A DNA stretch of 64,000 bases from Cystobasidiomycetes sp. EMM_F5 (GCA_051047955.1 JBPGPT010000001.1:558001-622000); one strand, 5' to 3'; positions 42,589 through 56,347 are shown, counted from the stretch's first letter. Numbers and translations are program-made. The notes: generated from the letters alone by a model not told the origin.

Positions 42589-45500
42589 TCACTTGGCGGT
42601 AATGCCACCCATCTGTTGCACGAAAGTTGACCACTGTTTGTCTTGCTGACTACTCGATTTCCGGAGCGAACTTGCCAGATTATGGCTTGTGTTTGCCGTC
42701 TGCGCACCTCTTCGACTCTCGGTAGATGTATTGGCGATTTTCTGGGTAGCGGTCGTGGCTTTCCGAGATGTCAGAGGCATGCTGTTGCTGTGACGAGTTG
42801 CAACCTCGGGAGACGGTGCATTGGAACGCGGACGTCGTTCAGTTTTCTTCTCCACCTTGCACTTCGCATTGGTCATTGCGGACGAGTTAGACGGCATCGC
42901 TTGTGGTAGCGATCCTTCGCATGGCACGATCCCCACTACCTGCGGGGAGATTTGCATAACGGGAGGTCGGGCTGGGAGCGAATGATTCACAAGCACTGCA
43001 TTGTACGGCTCTTGCACTGTTCTGTCAAGTGGTGCAAGCACTTCAGGTACAGCAACGAGGGATCGTACAGATGGCATCACGTCATTGGCAGGTCTGAGGT
43101 TGAGCAGATCATCCACCGTGTAGTGAACATGATTGCGATCAGCCGCGAGCTTCGCAGCAGGTCGTCCGACGCGCATGATGGCGGGGTCATCTTCAATCTT
43201 GCGCTGAACAGCCTTTTTGACCGCAGTGTCATGGCTGGCTTGAGACTTTTGGTAATTAGCAATGGTAATGCCACCACTGAGCGGAGCCGATGCTGGTGCT
43301 CCGGTATGGCTAGGTACCGCAGAAGCAGTCTTTGGAGGAGCCGGTACGAATGAAGGTACGCTTGAAGCGAGGATAGGATATTGTACAGGCATCTTTTGCC
43401 ACGGCTGTACGTTAGGTGCGCCAAATGGCATACTTGCCAGCTGTTGGCGATGCGTAGTTTCAATTAGATACTGCAATTGCTGCGTCTGATGTTGCAGGTA
43501 TGCCATGTGACCCTGAAGTGTTGCGCCTGGTAGACCGAAGGCGCTTGCTGGAGCATGCATATACGGCAATCCGAGCGGTAGACTGTACATGCCCAACGGA
43601 TGGAGCACCTGCGATGTGGGTCCTGAATAGACTGAAGCTCTATCGTGCACTATTTGTTCGAGGCGATTCGCACGAAATGCTTGAAAGGGTAAGTCCAGGC
43701 CAAGTCCATGGTTGTTACTCTCCGAATTAAAGGGTGTTGCCATTGGTTGCTCCATGCCATTGCCACTTGAGGTGTAGAAGACGCGGACGGGCGTGTCACG
43801 TCGTGGGAGACCCTCTTCTCCTGCGAAGGGTGCGTCCTTGGCCTTCGCGCCGATAATCGAAGGCACCTTGGCCAGTTCTGGAGCCCGTGAAGGAGCACTC
43901 GGCACTAGGTCGTGAGGAACACTGTCGGTGACGTTGATCGTCGACGTCCCGTGGTTGCTAGATACTTTTGCGAAATCATCTAAGACCCGGGGAACAACCT
44001 CTTCAGAATTGGCAAGGCTGTCGGCCTGCACTGTCGCGTCGCCATTCGCTCTGAGTCGTTCGAGTATACGAGCGACCTCTCGACGACTGTCTCGCTCGAT
44101 CCTAGCTTGATCACGCTTAAAGACGTAACTTCGAGCCTGCTCAGCTCTCGCGTGAGCTCTAGCATTCGCACTGGTATTGGCGCTTATGCGTGCACGACTG
44201 TTGTTATCAGCACTTGGCTTATTTTGCTCGTTCTGTACTATGGCGACGGAAGGCGCCAGGGCAGTACTGATGTCAGGTAAGGGGTGTTCCTTTTCGACAG
44301 GACTGAAAACTGCTGTGCCAGCATCGCTTGGACTAGTCTCCGGTGTCGTGTCATTTCCCGAAACTACGGGACTTATGGTGGTAGCCGTGGTAGCGGGGCT
44401 GTAGTTCTGAGCGCGAGTCTTTTGCGAGCTCAACGGGGCGACCTTTTCATATGGGTGCGCTTCTTTGTGATCAAAGGCGTAAGCATCAACGCCGCTAAGA
44501 CATTTCAAGTGCAACGAGTCAGCTTTCGTTACGGAGCATCCGAGTTGACGGGACTTACGAAGGACACCGGGCTGCAAGCGCGACATGAAATGTACGAGAC
44601 AGATAGTCAGCTTGCACAAGTCCGCCGATGATATGATTGCGACTCACCATACGGCAATGTATTAGGACCAATGAGCGTAGGAATACGTTTGACCTCGGTA
44701 GCAGCATGACGGGGCACAAACTCGGGTGTGCTGGCTCGCAGCTGAACCTTCGGAAGTTTAGGAGTCGGTGCTAGGTGAGACACTGGAGAATTGACGGGTG
44801 CCCTGGGCAAACCGTGAATAGTATTACCCTCCATGACCTGGCTCAGCTTTGCATTGATGGCTGCGAGTGTGGCTTGACTAACGATGCCATCTGCTGGCAG
44901 GCGAGTGAGGGCAGATGTACGTGACGGTGTACAAGCGTCAAAGTCCGACTCAGTATCAAGGTCGCATGCGTGAAGATTCCAGAGGATCTCTTCGATGCTC
45001 TCCAACGAGCCAGACTTGGAACCACTTTCATCGCTCAATTGGCCACTGTCTCCAGTCAGCCTACTGATACCGACCGTAGTATCGGACACCTCGAAAGGTA
45101 GGATGACCTGCTGTTTCGGGAAGGTGACGTGCGACTTGGTGATGTTGACTGAAGTAGGAGAGTCTGCGGCTGGGCGAATGGTCAAGAGCGCCCCGCGCGA
45201 TGGTGTAGATGAGCGATGAGCAAGTGGTGAGAGATTGGATACATGTAAGCGGATGATGATGATTTGGAGTCGGCAGCTGATGTACTCGAGGTGAGGACGT
45301 AATGACTGCAGCGAATCAATGTTAGATCTCTTCTTCGGGTAAAATTAGACTCGGATCTCACTCACGTAGACAGAGGTGTAGGCTGGACTGCCTCGGAGAT
45401 GCTTGCAGCAGTCATTTCTTCAGTGACTTCATGTATGGCTTCCAGCTTTGGCGACTTGAGAAACGAATGCGAATTCGAATAGCAGTCGCGTTCGCCACCC

Positions 45501-45964
45501 GCGCGTATACTATCACGACCAGACAGGGATGACGAGGTGGACAGAGATAGAGATGAGGTGGGATAGCGCTCATCGACGTAGTCGGACAGTGAGTGATGGA
45601 CATGTGTGAATATGGCACTCCCAGAACTAGATTTGGTTGCGTTGCTCTCGCTACCTTCGTCAGGGGCTAGTCCTTCAGCAGACGCACCTTGACCTGATGC
45701 GCCAGATACAGCACGGCAGATTGTCTTGACGACTGCGCCGTCATCGTCTGCATTCTCCGCAGTCTCAATCTTGTCACCGCTGTCGTCGCCTTCGCTGGAC
45801 TTGGGACCTCCCACAGACCCTCGACGGTCTCGAATGCCCAGCGATTCGTCCGAATTGCCAGACTGGTCTGGATGAGCTGCCAAAGGAGTATCGCCATGCT
45901 TTGCAACTGCGTCTAGTTCTTGCACAGTCGCCAGTGTCATGGCCGCACTGTTTGGCGTGGCCAT
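42589..45964 (-). CDS. Uncharacterized low-complexity protein with PAM2-like and eIF4E-binding-like motifs; link to the 5'-most exon (45362-45964) uncertain
   Basis: Long Ser/Pro/Ala-rich ORFs. 44607-45185 joins 42589-44619 through introns 44572-44647 and 44495-44558 around a 13-nt exon. Confidence 0.65.
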
Positions 45965-46257
45965 TGGTGGCGAATGATGAGATGTTCGAGCTGTAGCTGA
46001 GCTGAACCGAGGGAGGTTATGATGAGGTCGGAAAGATCGTTAATAGCTGCGTGTTAGAGAGCTGCAAGTGATGGCACGACCTGGGTAATTGGGAAAGAAG
46101 CAAAGTGGACCGCCCAAAAATTCAGCTAGACAAAACCCCTGCAGTCAGGGGCTTGAGCGAGGAGGTGGAGGAGAAGAGAGTGCGAAACGCGAAGTTTGAG
46201 ACATTCTAATTACAACAAGAAAGCCCACGTCCAAGTTTGCGAATGCTGCCAAAGCAG

Positions 46258-47861
46258 TTACGACTGAGCAGTAGCAGGTTCCGCTTCACCTGGCGCATCT
46301 TCGGCTTTCGGGGCGGGCGGCTTCTTTGAAAAGAAGCTCGTCAAGGGACTCATACCTCTCGTACTAGCTTTCTTGAGCTGTCTCACGCCGTTGCTCTCGC
46401 TGCTCTTCTGTTTCTTCAGAGGTGGAGGCTTGCCGAAGCCACCCTTCCCTCCACCACCGTTCGCTTCGCTCTTGCTCCCCTTCGACATGCCAAAGGTGGA
46501 AGGACCGAAGGAGATTGTAGAGCCCAAGCCAGGCATATAGTCTACCGACAAGACTGAGGACGTTGATGTGTCCGTTAAATATTGAGTAAGGCTTGGAAAT
46601 CTGTTGGTAGTCTTGTCAATCATCATTTCTATATCATACTATCTGACTCACTCGTAAGTGCCCTTGAGTAATGTGAAAATATCTTTGGGCAAATAACCCG
46701 CTATGAGATCGAGCGACGCTTTTTGTCTGGCCTCTGCGTAAGCACGCAACGATGAGCAAATGGCAGATGGGCATGTTGGCATCTGAACGACGTACCCAGC
46801 TGCACCTTCTCCGGCAGACCCTGCCCGTCTCCGACGCCTTCCTTCGCAAGCATTCTTGTCAAAGTCGGGGATCCCTCGAACGCATCGCGCGTTGCCAATC
46901 GAGCAATCTTCATCTTCAGCACGTCTAGCAGCTTGTCGTCGTTGAGTCGATATGTGGACATGTCTGGCGTGATTTCTACGTCGCTAATCAAAGTTAGCGA
47001 AAATCTGACTTTCGAAAGAAAAGTCTCACCGACCTTGACAATCGCAGATGCTCTCCATAGCTCGTTGTACGAATGCCAGACGTCCAAACCGCGATATGTC
47101 CTCGCCGACCATCTTTGCCAGGGCATTCTCGGCCTCGTCGTCCTCCTCGTAGCCCTGATGTACGCGTTTGGATCCCACTCCCGCTTTTGAGGTACTCGCC
47201 TCCGCGCGACTTGAAGACTGAAAGTGTTCACCCGCAGCCTCAAATATATCGTCGTAGGGAAGTGACCGCCGATTGCTACCATCGCCCGTGTGCTGTACGG
47301 ACAACTTTGAATAAGCTTGTCGAAATAACCATGGCCGCAAAGCCTTACTTGCGTGCCTACGACTAGCAATATCCTGACCAGCAGGAAGACCGGGTCAAAC
47401 GGTGTCAATAAAAGTAGCTTGCCATCTGGAAATTATGTCTCAAGGTCCATCCTTGCTATTTTTCCGTCATAGCTTGACACACGCAACTCACCGGCAATGA
47501 CTGTATCACCATTTACAAACCAGCTCCTCTGCTTGTCGCCAGTCGCGTTCACTGCCTGTACCTCGAGAATGATATCGGCTTGAACATTGCCCTCGTTTGC
47601 TGTCGTAGCGTTTTTCCTGGCCGGCAGGAAGAGACTCGGAGTACCTACACGCCCAGCAGTCGTGCGTTCAGCAATTTTGAAAGAGTCACAAGTACTGGCG
47701 AAGAGACCCTCTTACCTGTTCTCGGATGCGGTAGTCGAAGGAATTGTGCAGGCGTTCCGAACTCAACGCCTGGTAAGCGACACCATCGTTAGCGATACGT
47801 CGTGTAGAGCGAGCCCCGTTGAGAATGCACCGTCAGGCAGGACAGCAATGCTTTGGGTCAT
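46258..47861 (-). CDS. RNH202: Ribonuclease H2 subunit B
   Basis: 'FLRLPHPRTG', 'RSWFV', 'GKLLLLTPFDPVFLL', 'YRLNDDK', and a C-terminal PIP-like 'MSPLTSFF'. Confidence 0.88.
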
Positions 47862-48021
47862 AATTTGGTCTGCATGGGATCTTGTCAAGGCATCGAGACG
47901 CGTAAATTGGGACTGCGCTTTTTCATCAAGAGAAGATGCCTGAATTGCTGTTTCTGACGCCCCTCTACTTGCTGCCTTATACTGGATCACACTACCCTAA
48001 GATACATGCGACATCATGTCA

Positions 48022-51000
48022 TTACACGCAATGAGTAGACCGCCACGTTTGTTGTTTCGCCGTCCCGCGCCCGAACGGAATGAGCTTTTGCGAAGCGCCC
48101 TCTTTGAACAGATGCTTGTCGCGTGGGTCCGCATAGGTCCTGTCTACCTCAATTTCTGGACCTTTCCAAAGAAGTCTTTTTGACCGGCCCGGTCGTAGCA
48201 GAGGATGCCTAGGGATGAAAAGGAACTCAGTCAACGTTCACATGAATCCTCCCTGCACACTGTCAAAGCACTTACGCTTCCGTGTTGAAGACATAGTCAT
48301 TCAAATTAATTAGATCTGGTTCCGAGAATAGCAAATAATAGTATTTAAGCGTTTCTGCGGAGAGAGCATAACATCGGCTCCGTATAAAGCTTTCAGAATA
48401 CCGCGAGCCATTGTCGACATACCAGCAAGAACAAAGCTTTCTTGAATGTCTATTTGTTTTGCAGGGTTGTTGTTCACGTTTGCGATGTTTGCAAACCCGA
48501 CACTGTATGTAAAAATTGTCAGAAATTTGCCGTTTTGCGAGGAGATACCCCCTACGGTGTCAGAGCATGCCGCATCCAGGCGGTGAACATCCGCCAACCT
48601 TGGTCTTGCCTATATGTGATTGTGTTGTTAAGGCACGTAGTGGACAACCCTGTTCAGATCGGAACGTACCATGCGGGATCTCCAGTGATCCGATACATGT
48701 AGAAAACGCTTTCAATAGTCTCGGGGCGACCCATGTATTCCACATCGCCTTGACTGGCGGAGCCTACTGGTATGCCCCGTTGTCTGGCCATGTCTTCGTC
48801 TGTCCAAACCATCAGGAATCAACGGCTTTACAGATCTATAAGATAAGATGGCTCACTGTCGACCGTTGCGTATTCCCACCTCTGAGAGTCTTGCGGGTGA
48901 TAGAACGTGACTACCCAAAATCTGTATCAGTATCGATTCGCCGCTGCCGTGAGATGAAATTATACCTACCTATCTCAGGCATCAAACCTGTAGCTGTTGA
49001 CTGGTATGCCCATATGGCCGAGTCTGTTAATTCCACAGCTAGAGACATCTGATCCGGATCCTGAAGGAGCTGACTGCCAAGTCCGAACATTCCGCCTGCA
49101 AAGGTGGAAAGATGTTGCTGTTCCGCTTTGAGGGGGGCACGATCAGGTCTAGACCCAATGATGACAGTTCCAGGTCTGTCAGACATACTGGACATAGGGC
49201 TGTCAGACGAAAGGAGGGCATTAGGTGGAGATGTGCCAAAGCCAGACGCACACTGTCACATTCACGACAAGCCATTTGTACATATCCTGCGCGAGGCGTA
49301 AGTCAGAGTATAATTTTCAGAGCACAATCAGAACCTACTTTCACAGCGCGCTGATACATGGTTGAGTAGATACCCTTGTCGTCACCCAGCAGGGCTACCA
49401 TCTTGATCAAGTATTCGTAGTAACTGTCAATCATTCCTCCAATGGAGTATGCACCGCTATCGTTATCGCATTGAGCTGTGCTCAGACCTGCAGAACGAGG
49501 AGGCTTACTACGCCGGTCCGGTGTCGGACACTACGACTGGCAGAAGAGACCCATAGATAGTCTTGAAGGTTGCGAGACGGTCTGTGATTCTTTGCGCGGC
49601 ATTGAAATATGTGTCATCACCGGTAAGTTGTGACAGTCGAGTGAGTTCCATGCTCAGAGATCCAGCCTCCGCAATCTATTGAGGCTGCGTTAGCCATACG
49701 TTTGACCGAACGAAGAAGGCAAGTCGCATACCAGAGATTGTGGTGCTCTTGAGCCTCCTGGATTTCTGCAAAGCCAGAAAAGCCAGACTTAGCACGAGAA
49801 ACTGAAAGAGTCTCCTGCACACATACTCTCCAAGCTTATAAAAGGCGATAGGGAAGCCTGAGGACGTGGTAAACGCAGGCAATAGCCATTCAGCTAGTTC
49901 TTTAGCGCGATCTAACATGAGACCGTCGCCAGAAAGACTGACACAGTAATATACTCAGTGTTCTGCGGCGCAAATCAGCTCATGCACCGTGTACGCACTC
50001 ATACGCTGACAGGAATCCTCCCAAATATCGAATTACAGTTTCGAAAAGGTGAACTTCCGGTCCCTCTGTACCGTTGCAAGTGCCTGGTTTGGTGACCATA
50101 GAGAAGTCGAGTGAGCGCACATGTGTACGTGCAAGATTATATTCATGATTTAATCCCATCATAAGGAGTGTGTCTCTGGGCTCAGCGCTGTGAGCAGAGT
50201 GCACCTGCCGGACACATGGGCGGGCTTACAAATTATCAACTGTACTTGCGCCCCATGCGTTGTAGCTGTCACGCAGCCCTCTGGAGACGGGACTTATTTC
50301 ATCATGACCGAAAGCGTCTGAGCTCAGACAAGTCAAGACACATCGGTGTCAGCGGATCAACACGCAAAGTCAGCGCAGAAAGCTCACGAGCTTTGTAACC
50401 TTCCCAAGAATGCAGGAAAGCTCGTTGTACCCAGTCGCGCCGCGCTCTGGTAAGTTTGAGCTGATCTTCGTTTGTGGGGAAGTCGGAAGCCTGTACGTTG
50501 GGGAGTTGTTTTGGTCGACCCATGCCATAGCGAGGAGGCTTCCAGTAGGTAGCTTGGTACTGGCTCTCTCTGGGCACCTGAGCTATCCTCTTGAAATTCC
50601 CTTCGTTCTGAGGAAAGTTTGGCAAGGGGGGATCATGCAAGCCTGGCGACTATCCCGAATATTTTAGTGGATGTCCAGTGACCTTGCGGCTGCACGTACA
50701 GGACGTCGACCATCCTCCTTCCCAACTTCTGGCAGCCAAGTCGGATCGTGCGGTTGACCACCCAGTCCATCAGGAAAGCGTTCTGCAGCAAGCCTGCGGA
50801 AAGGCTTAGACACTGTAGAACAGTGCTCAACTGTGTTCCTACCATATTCCAGCAATCCATGGCTTATCAGGCCACGGATCCACAATGTCAGGAAGAACGC
50901 CATTGTCGCGTAGATATTTGGCCGCGTGGGGATATGCTTCTGGCCATTTTGCAATAGATGCATTATTGAGCGGATCTATTGTCTCTCCATCAACTCTGAC

Positions 51001-51324
51001 GAAGCTCAATTGCGGTCGCTGTCGCCAATCAGTACTGTAGCGCTGTGAGTTCGAGTAGAATCGCTGTGCGGCGCCAAGGATCCTGCTGCTGGGCGCAAAC
51101 ACCCATACTCCAGCAACAAAGAGGAAGCCGATAGCGCAGCCCACGACAACACGAGCGTTTGGTTGGCGTATCAGCAATCGCTTGCGCGCGCTGTCCCAAG
51201 CAGGACTTCGTGGACTTGACGATGGCCCCGCTTGGTCGTGGTCGGCAATCAATTTATCTGCCTCAAGGACTGCGAGCTCGAGATCCTCATCCTTGTCGGC
51301 TCGAGGCAGCGGTGCATAGCTCAT
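48022..51324 (-). CDS. Glycoside hydrolase family 47 alpha-1,2-mannosidase (type II membrane)
   Basis: N-terminal TM helix, 'AFLHSWEGY', 'FGHDE', 'LFETVIRYLGGFLSAY', 'AEAGSL', 'DSYYEYL', 'FNTEAHP'. Confidence 0.92.
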
Positions 51325-51503
51325 CTTACTGTACGGCAACGGTACATCATATACATGTGTGAAGAGAACTCAACGGAGGTTTGGGCTAGTGTGACAGGCC
51401 TACGCGACCAAATCATCGAACAGCGCAACCAAACATTCTGGTCGCGGCTGCCTTTGACAACCGCAACGGCAACTTGTTTCCTGGTAGTTCACTCCAGCTA
51501 CAT

Positions 51504-52778
51504 TCACTGTCCGAGCTTTGCCCAGACTTTACTGGCTACATTGAGAAAGACGCGCCTGGTCACGCTGTCGGACTTGCGATCAAGGACGATTGGCGTTCCC
51601 GCATCGCTGGACTTGCTCGTCTCTGGGTCTATAGGCAGGCTATCCAGCACTTCCATGTCTAGATCCTTGCAAGCTTTTTGAAATGGCTCGGTCGAGCCAA
51701 AGATAGGATGTTGCTCGTTGCAGCCAGGACAAATAAAGTGTGACATGTTGAGTACCGCCCCTAGCACCTATGATCGATGCGGATCAGTTACTGCGATACT
51801 AGGAAGTATTGCGTCGGAGCTTACAGGAATACCAACTTTGCGGAACATTGAAACGCCTTTTCGCACATCTATCAAAGCGACATCTTGTGGGGTGGTCACA
51901 ATAACGGCACCTGGCAAAGACGAATGTCAGTACGAAATGGCTGAATGTATATCATGTTCACTTATTCATACCTTCACACTGAACGAGTTGACCGAGACTG
52001 AGCTGCACGTCACCAGTGCCAGGAGGGAGATCGATGACGAGTAGGTCGAGCTCGCTTCCGCCTGTCAGATCATTGCTTGCACCCTTCCGTTGTCTCCAGT
52101 CGACCTCAAACAGGAGCTGTTGTACTGCCTTCATTACCATCATGCCGCGCCAAACAACAGGCGAGTCCGCTTGCGCTGCAGGTGGAAGGAGGAAAGCCAT
52201 AGACATGCATGCGATTTCATGATTTGATAGTGGCATAAGAGCGTTGTCTGTGAGATAGAAGATCAGCTTGCGCATCAGTGTAGCTTTGAATCGCTTTCCA
52301 CCTTTAGTCAGTTCTGGTTCTCCAGCGTCATCGAGTCCCATGAGTTTTGGCACACTGGGACCGAAAATGTCGAGATCAAGCAAGCCTATCCGTTTGGGCG
52401 TCGATGCCGTCTGTGCGAAGGCCAGTGCAAGGTTCGCTGTACCAGTTCTGTCAGCCTGCGTATATCCGTCAATCTACGCCACGAGCTGACCAGACACGGT
52501 ACTCTTGCCAACGCCGCCTTTGCCGCTGGCAACGACGACCACCTGTTTCACATTTGGTATCTTGCGTTTCTGGGGCAGGCCTCTCTGCATGCGAGGGAGG
52601 GTAGGTGGAGCATCTGATCGCGGCAGGCCCTGTGTAGACAATGAGCGATTGCAAGCGGAGCTGCCAGAGTCAGCGGATTCCTTACTAGCGGGTTTTCATG
52701 AGATGAAATCTTCTGAAAGGTCGAGAAGTAAGCTCGAAGGCCTGGGCCAGCTCGCAGAAAGCTTCGACGGCATTGCAT
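51504..52778 (-). CDS. IND1: Mitochondrial Mrp/NBP35-family Fe-S P-loop ATPase (Ind1/NUBPL)
   Basis: 'GKGGVGKST', '[15 protein letters not shown]', '[11 protein letters not shown]', 'CPGC', and presequence followed by 'HENPLGLP'. Confidence 0.92.
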
Positions 52779-53018
52779 AGGTTGATGCGAACGAAGGAGC
52801 GCAATAAGCAACGACATATACAGACAAGCCAGACAAGCACTATGATATAACAATACTGGCAACAGTATAACGAGGGTCTATACGGGTACATGCTATTGCG
52901 CTCGCCAGGAAATGTCGGATATCGAGGCGTTTGAAGCAGATCTGGCCAAGATTGATTGATAGGGCTGCCTCGGCTGTATACCGTCACTGGAATGAAGTTT
53001 CCAACAGAGCTGTATAAA

Positions 53019-54550
53019 TCAAGCAAAAGGCGAAGGCCCGACTTCGGTGAAGAGCAAAGAAATGGATTCGCCATTGTGCATCTGCAGGCGTTACGCGTGA
53101 GCGTGAGCGAGGACATCTGTCGAGGACATTATATAACTCACTCTCCGTATACTCTCAGCAAGCAGAGAGCTGATATCCATAATTTCCAATTTTCCATTCG
53201 CTTCTTTGAGCTTGTTATTTTGGCAGATAGTGTTTGTCACGACTAGTTTCTCTATGGGCATTTCCGTCACCTTCTCTATCGCATCGTCAGAAAGGAGGCC
53301 GTGCGTCACTATCGCATAGACTTTTTTGGCGCCGGCACCGAGTAGTATTGAGCACGCTGCTTTGAGTGTCTCGAGCGTATCGGCCATATCGTCTATCAAT
53401 ATCGCAATCTTATCCTTGACGTCTCCGACCAGCAGTTCCATCCGTCCAGGCGTATCTGGATGATCGCCTTTATGCCGTTGACGATTGATGAGCGCAAAAT
53501 CAACATTCAGTCTGTCCGCAATTGTGGTCGCACTGAACATTGTGTCAGATACGGGCAAGAGACCACTGACATGTCGTCTATGCTCACCGCTTCGCTCCAC
53601 CTGCATCTGGCGATACAATGATGGAATTTCTCCACCCTTCAATTTCCGTCTTGATGTACCGTAGCATGATGGGTTCACAGAATAAATTATCCACAGGGAT
53701 CTTGAAGAAACCCTGTATTTGGGATGCATGCAGGTCGACTGTAATGACATGATCTGCTCCGGCCACTTGCAGCATATCTGCAATGAGTTTTGCAGTTATT
53801 GGCGCTCTCGACCGGTCTTTCCGGTCCATTCTCGAATAGGGGAACGAAGGAATGACGGCCGTTATCCGCTTTGCCGAAGCAGTTTTGCAAGCAGATATCA
53901 TGATGAGCATTTCCATAAGCAGGCTGTACGTCGAAGTGCGGGGTTAACGTAACGGACGTTGTTTGGTTCAACGAAGGCCGGAGAAGCCGCGGCCAAACAG
54001 AACATCATGAACGTGGGCAGGCGCAGAACATGTAAAGATCAGTCCTCTGTATCTGATGTGTAGTATACAAGATGCATACTCGTTGGGGTCCGAGTTGGGA
54101 TGATAAGCATTTGGGGTAGCGGAATCTGGAGAGTTGTCTGAAATAGGGGAAGGATTGAAGCCAGTCTGTAGCAAGAGCGAGATGAGCTTTGCTGCGTCGA
54201 GGCCGGGCTGCTAGCTTACCTGGATTATATACACATCTTCTTCTCGTACAGATTCGCCAATGGAAACGGAAGTCTCGTTGTCGCTAAACTTTTTGACTGT
54301 GCTGCGACATAGATTGATGCCCAGCCTTCGGAACCAGCAACAGCCATCAGCTCTGGCAGGAAACGAGCCGACTGTATGGTAGCTCTGTAGACATAAATGA
54401 CGATGCAGCATACCGTTCTGCCACAGCCTGAGCCAACTCTGGGTGCGAATTGCCTGTTTTCTGACGGGTCAGCCCAGGGCTTGCCGTCAGTTCCATACGG
54501 ATTTGCACCGGCGCACCCGTCAAGAGCTTGATGGACCCGCTGATGGACAT
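53019..54550 (-). CDS. PRS: Ribose-phosphate pyrophosphokinase (PRPP synthetase)
   Basis: '[13 protein letters not shown]', '[11 protein letters not shown]', '[10 protein letters not shown]', 'LIDDMADT', 'HNGESIS'. Confidence 0.95.
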
Positions 54551-55222
54551 GGCGGCCTGTACAGATAGCCCAGCAGATTAATGCTGGTGATCCAGACTTT
54601 CTATGGATGGAAGCAGAGCCAATCCTTGAAAGTGCCGACTGGCTATCCGCGACTTCGATCAACGTAGGATATGAGCCTACTCTTTGCCCAACGACACAGC
54701 GACATGCTTCAACGCCCTTGTGTATGCCGCTCCTGTTGGCGCAAACTCCGTGACCCATACGACTATTGAATCTCGAGAAGCGTGTCATTCGACGTTCACG
54801 ACGCGACTATCTTCTATCGTCAACGGATGGTCACTTTACTGGAAGTACGGCGTCTTCGGCAGACAAAGATGGGTCGTTACACATCCTATGTGCGCTGCGA
54901 CTTTCATATGCGCGCCTTGTAGCCCGTAGCCCGTCTGGCTCGAGCTTCCGACATCCTGCTGGCGGTATAACGTTATGTCCAAAGAATGAGTGCACTGGCA
55001 ATTAATTATGGGGACAAGAGAATGTCAACTGTGACGGAGAGTGAGGGTATAAGAGAGGGCTGAAGCGAAAGCTTGAAGTCGTCGAAAAGGCTCGGCGCAT
55101 CTCTCGCTTGCCATCTGCCCAATTTCTGCCTGAATAGCAACTGAATGAGGACTCTAGTCTGACGAGACGCTCTGGCAAACACGCTCCCAATCGTGTCCTT
55201 GGCAGTCGCAACTGTCGCTGCA

Positions 55223-56347
55223 ATGATTCTGTCTGCGCTCACCATTCTCTTCTTGCATACTCGCGTACTGCCTTCGGCCTCCGCATACCCGACAGGCCTC
55301 TTTGGAGGTAGACTGATAGTATTCGGAGACAGTCTAAGCGATGACGAGCGTATGTCGCAAAACTTAATAGTCCAACAACGTACTGACCGGCCCCTCAGAC
55401 GGTGCGTACATCGTGACAAACGGATCATGGCCTGCGGATCCTGCCTATTATGGTCACCACTTCAGGTTCGCGGGTGTCAATTTACTGGAACGCTTCGTTC
55501 TAACCCGAGCACATGTGGAACAGTAATGGACCGGTGTGGGCGCAATATGTCAGCGGTAACTTTTCCGGATACAAGAATTATGCAATTGGCGGTGCGACAA
55601 GTAATAATTCGGCAGTACAAGGCTATACCGTAGGTCTAGTTGTGCACAATCGTCATCTACCGTATAGAAAGCCTGATTGCCATTATACTGACAGGGTCGT
55701 AGCTCGACAATTCCGGTTCCGGACGTCATCACGCAGATTCAGAGGTTTTTATCGAACGACACAGTCAGGTTGGATGACGTCTACGCCGTCTACGCTGGAG
55801 CCAACGACTTCTTTTTCGATACAAACATCACTGGGTCGAGAGTAGCGCAATACATCAGCAACAGCGCTGACACATTAATTAAGCGAGGTACGCAACACTA
55901 CTCAATTTGGTATTTTGGTCTGATGCCTTTTCCCCAGGCGCAAAGCACCTACTTTTCATGTCTTTACCGGACCTAGGCACCCTGCCAGCGATAAATGCAA
56001 GCGGGACAGCAGCCGTATCTTCCTACCGTCAGCGCGGCAGCGATCTCCGCATCGGCTTACAAGACCTTACAAGCAGCCTACGCAGTCGAAATATCAGCTC
56101 GTCACTGGTCGACGTATACTCACTCTTCCGGAACATTACTGCTTCGCCCGAGATGTATGGCCTGAATGCATCCATCATGTACAATGCTTGTCTTACGGGC
56201 GCTTACGCTGGAGAAGGCAATAGGACGCTATGTTCTGATCCAGAAAGACGCATCTACTTTGATACGTATCATCCTCAAACCAACATACATCGACTCATCG
56301 GGGATCTAGTGTATCGCACAATCTCGGCGGCCATGTACTACAGATGA
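55223..56347 (+). CDS. Secreted GDSL/SGNH esterase (CE16-like)
   Basis: Signal peptide, 'FGDSLSD', 'NGPVW', 'NYAIGGAT', 'GAND', 'FDTYHP'. Confidence 0.88.
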
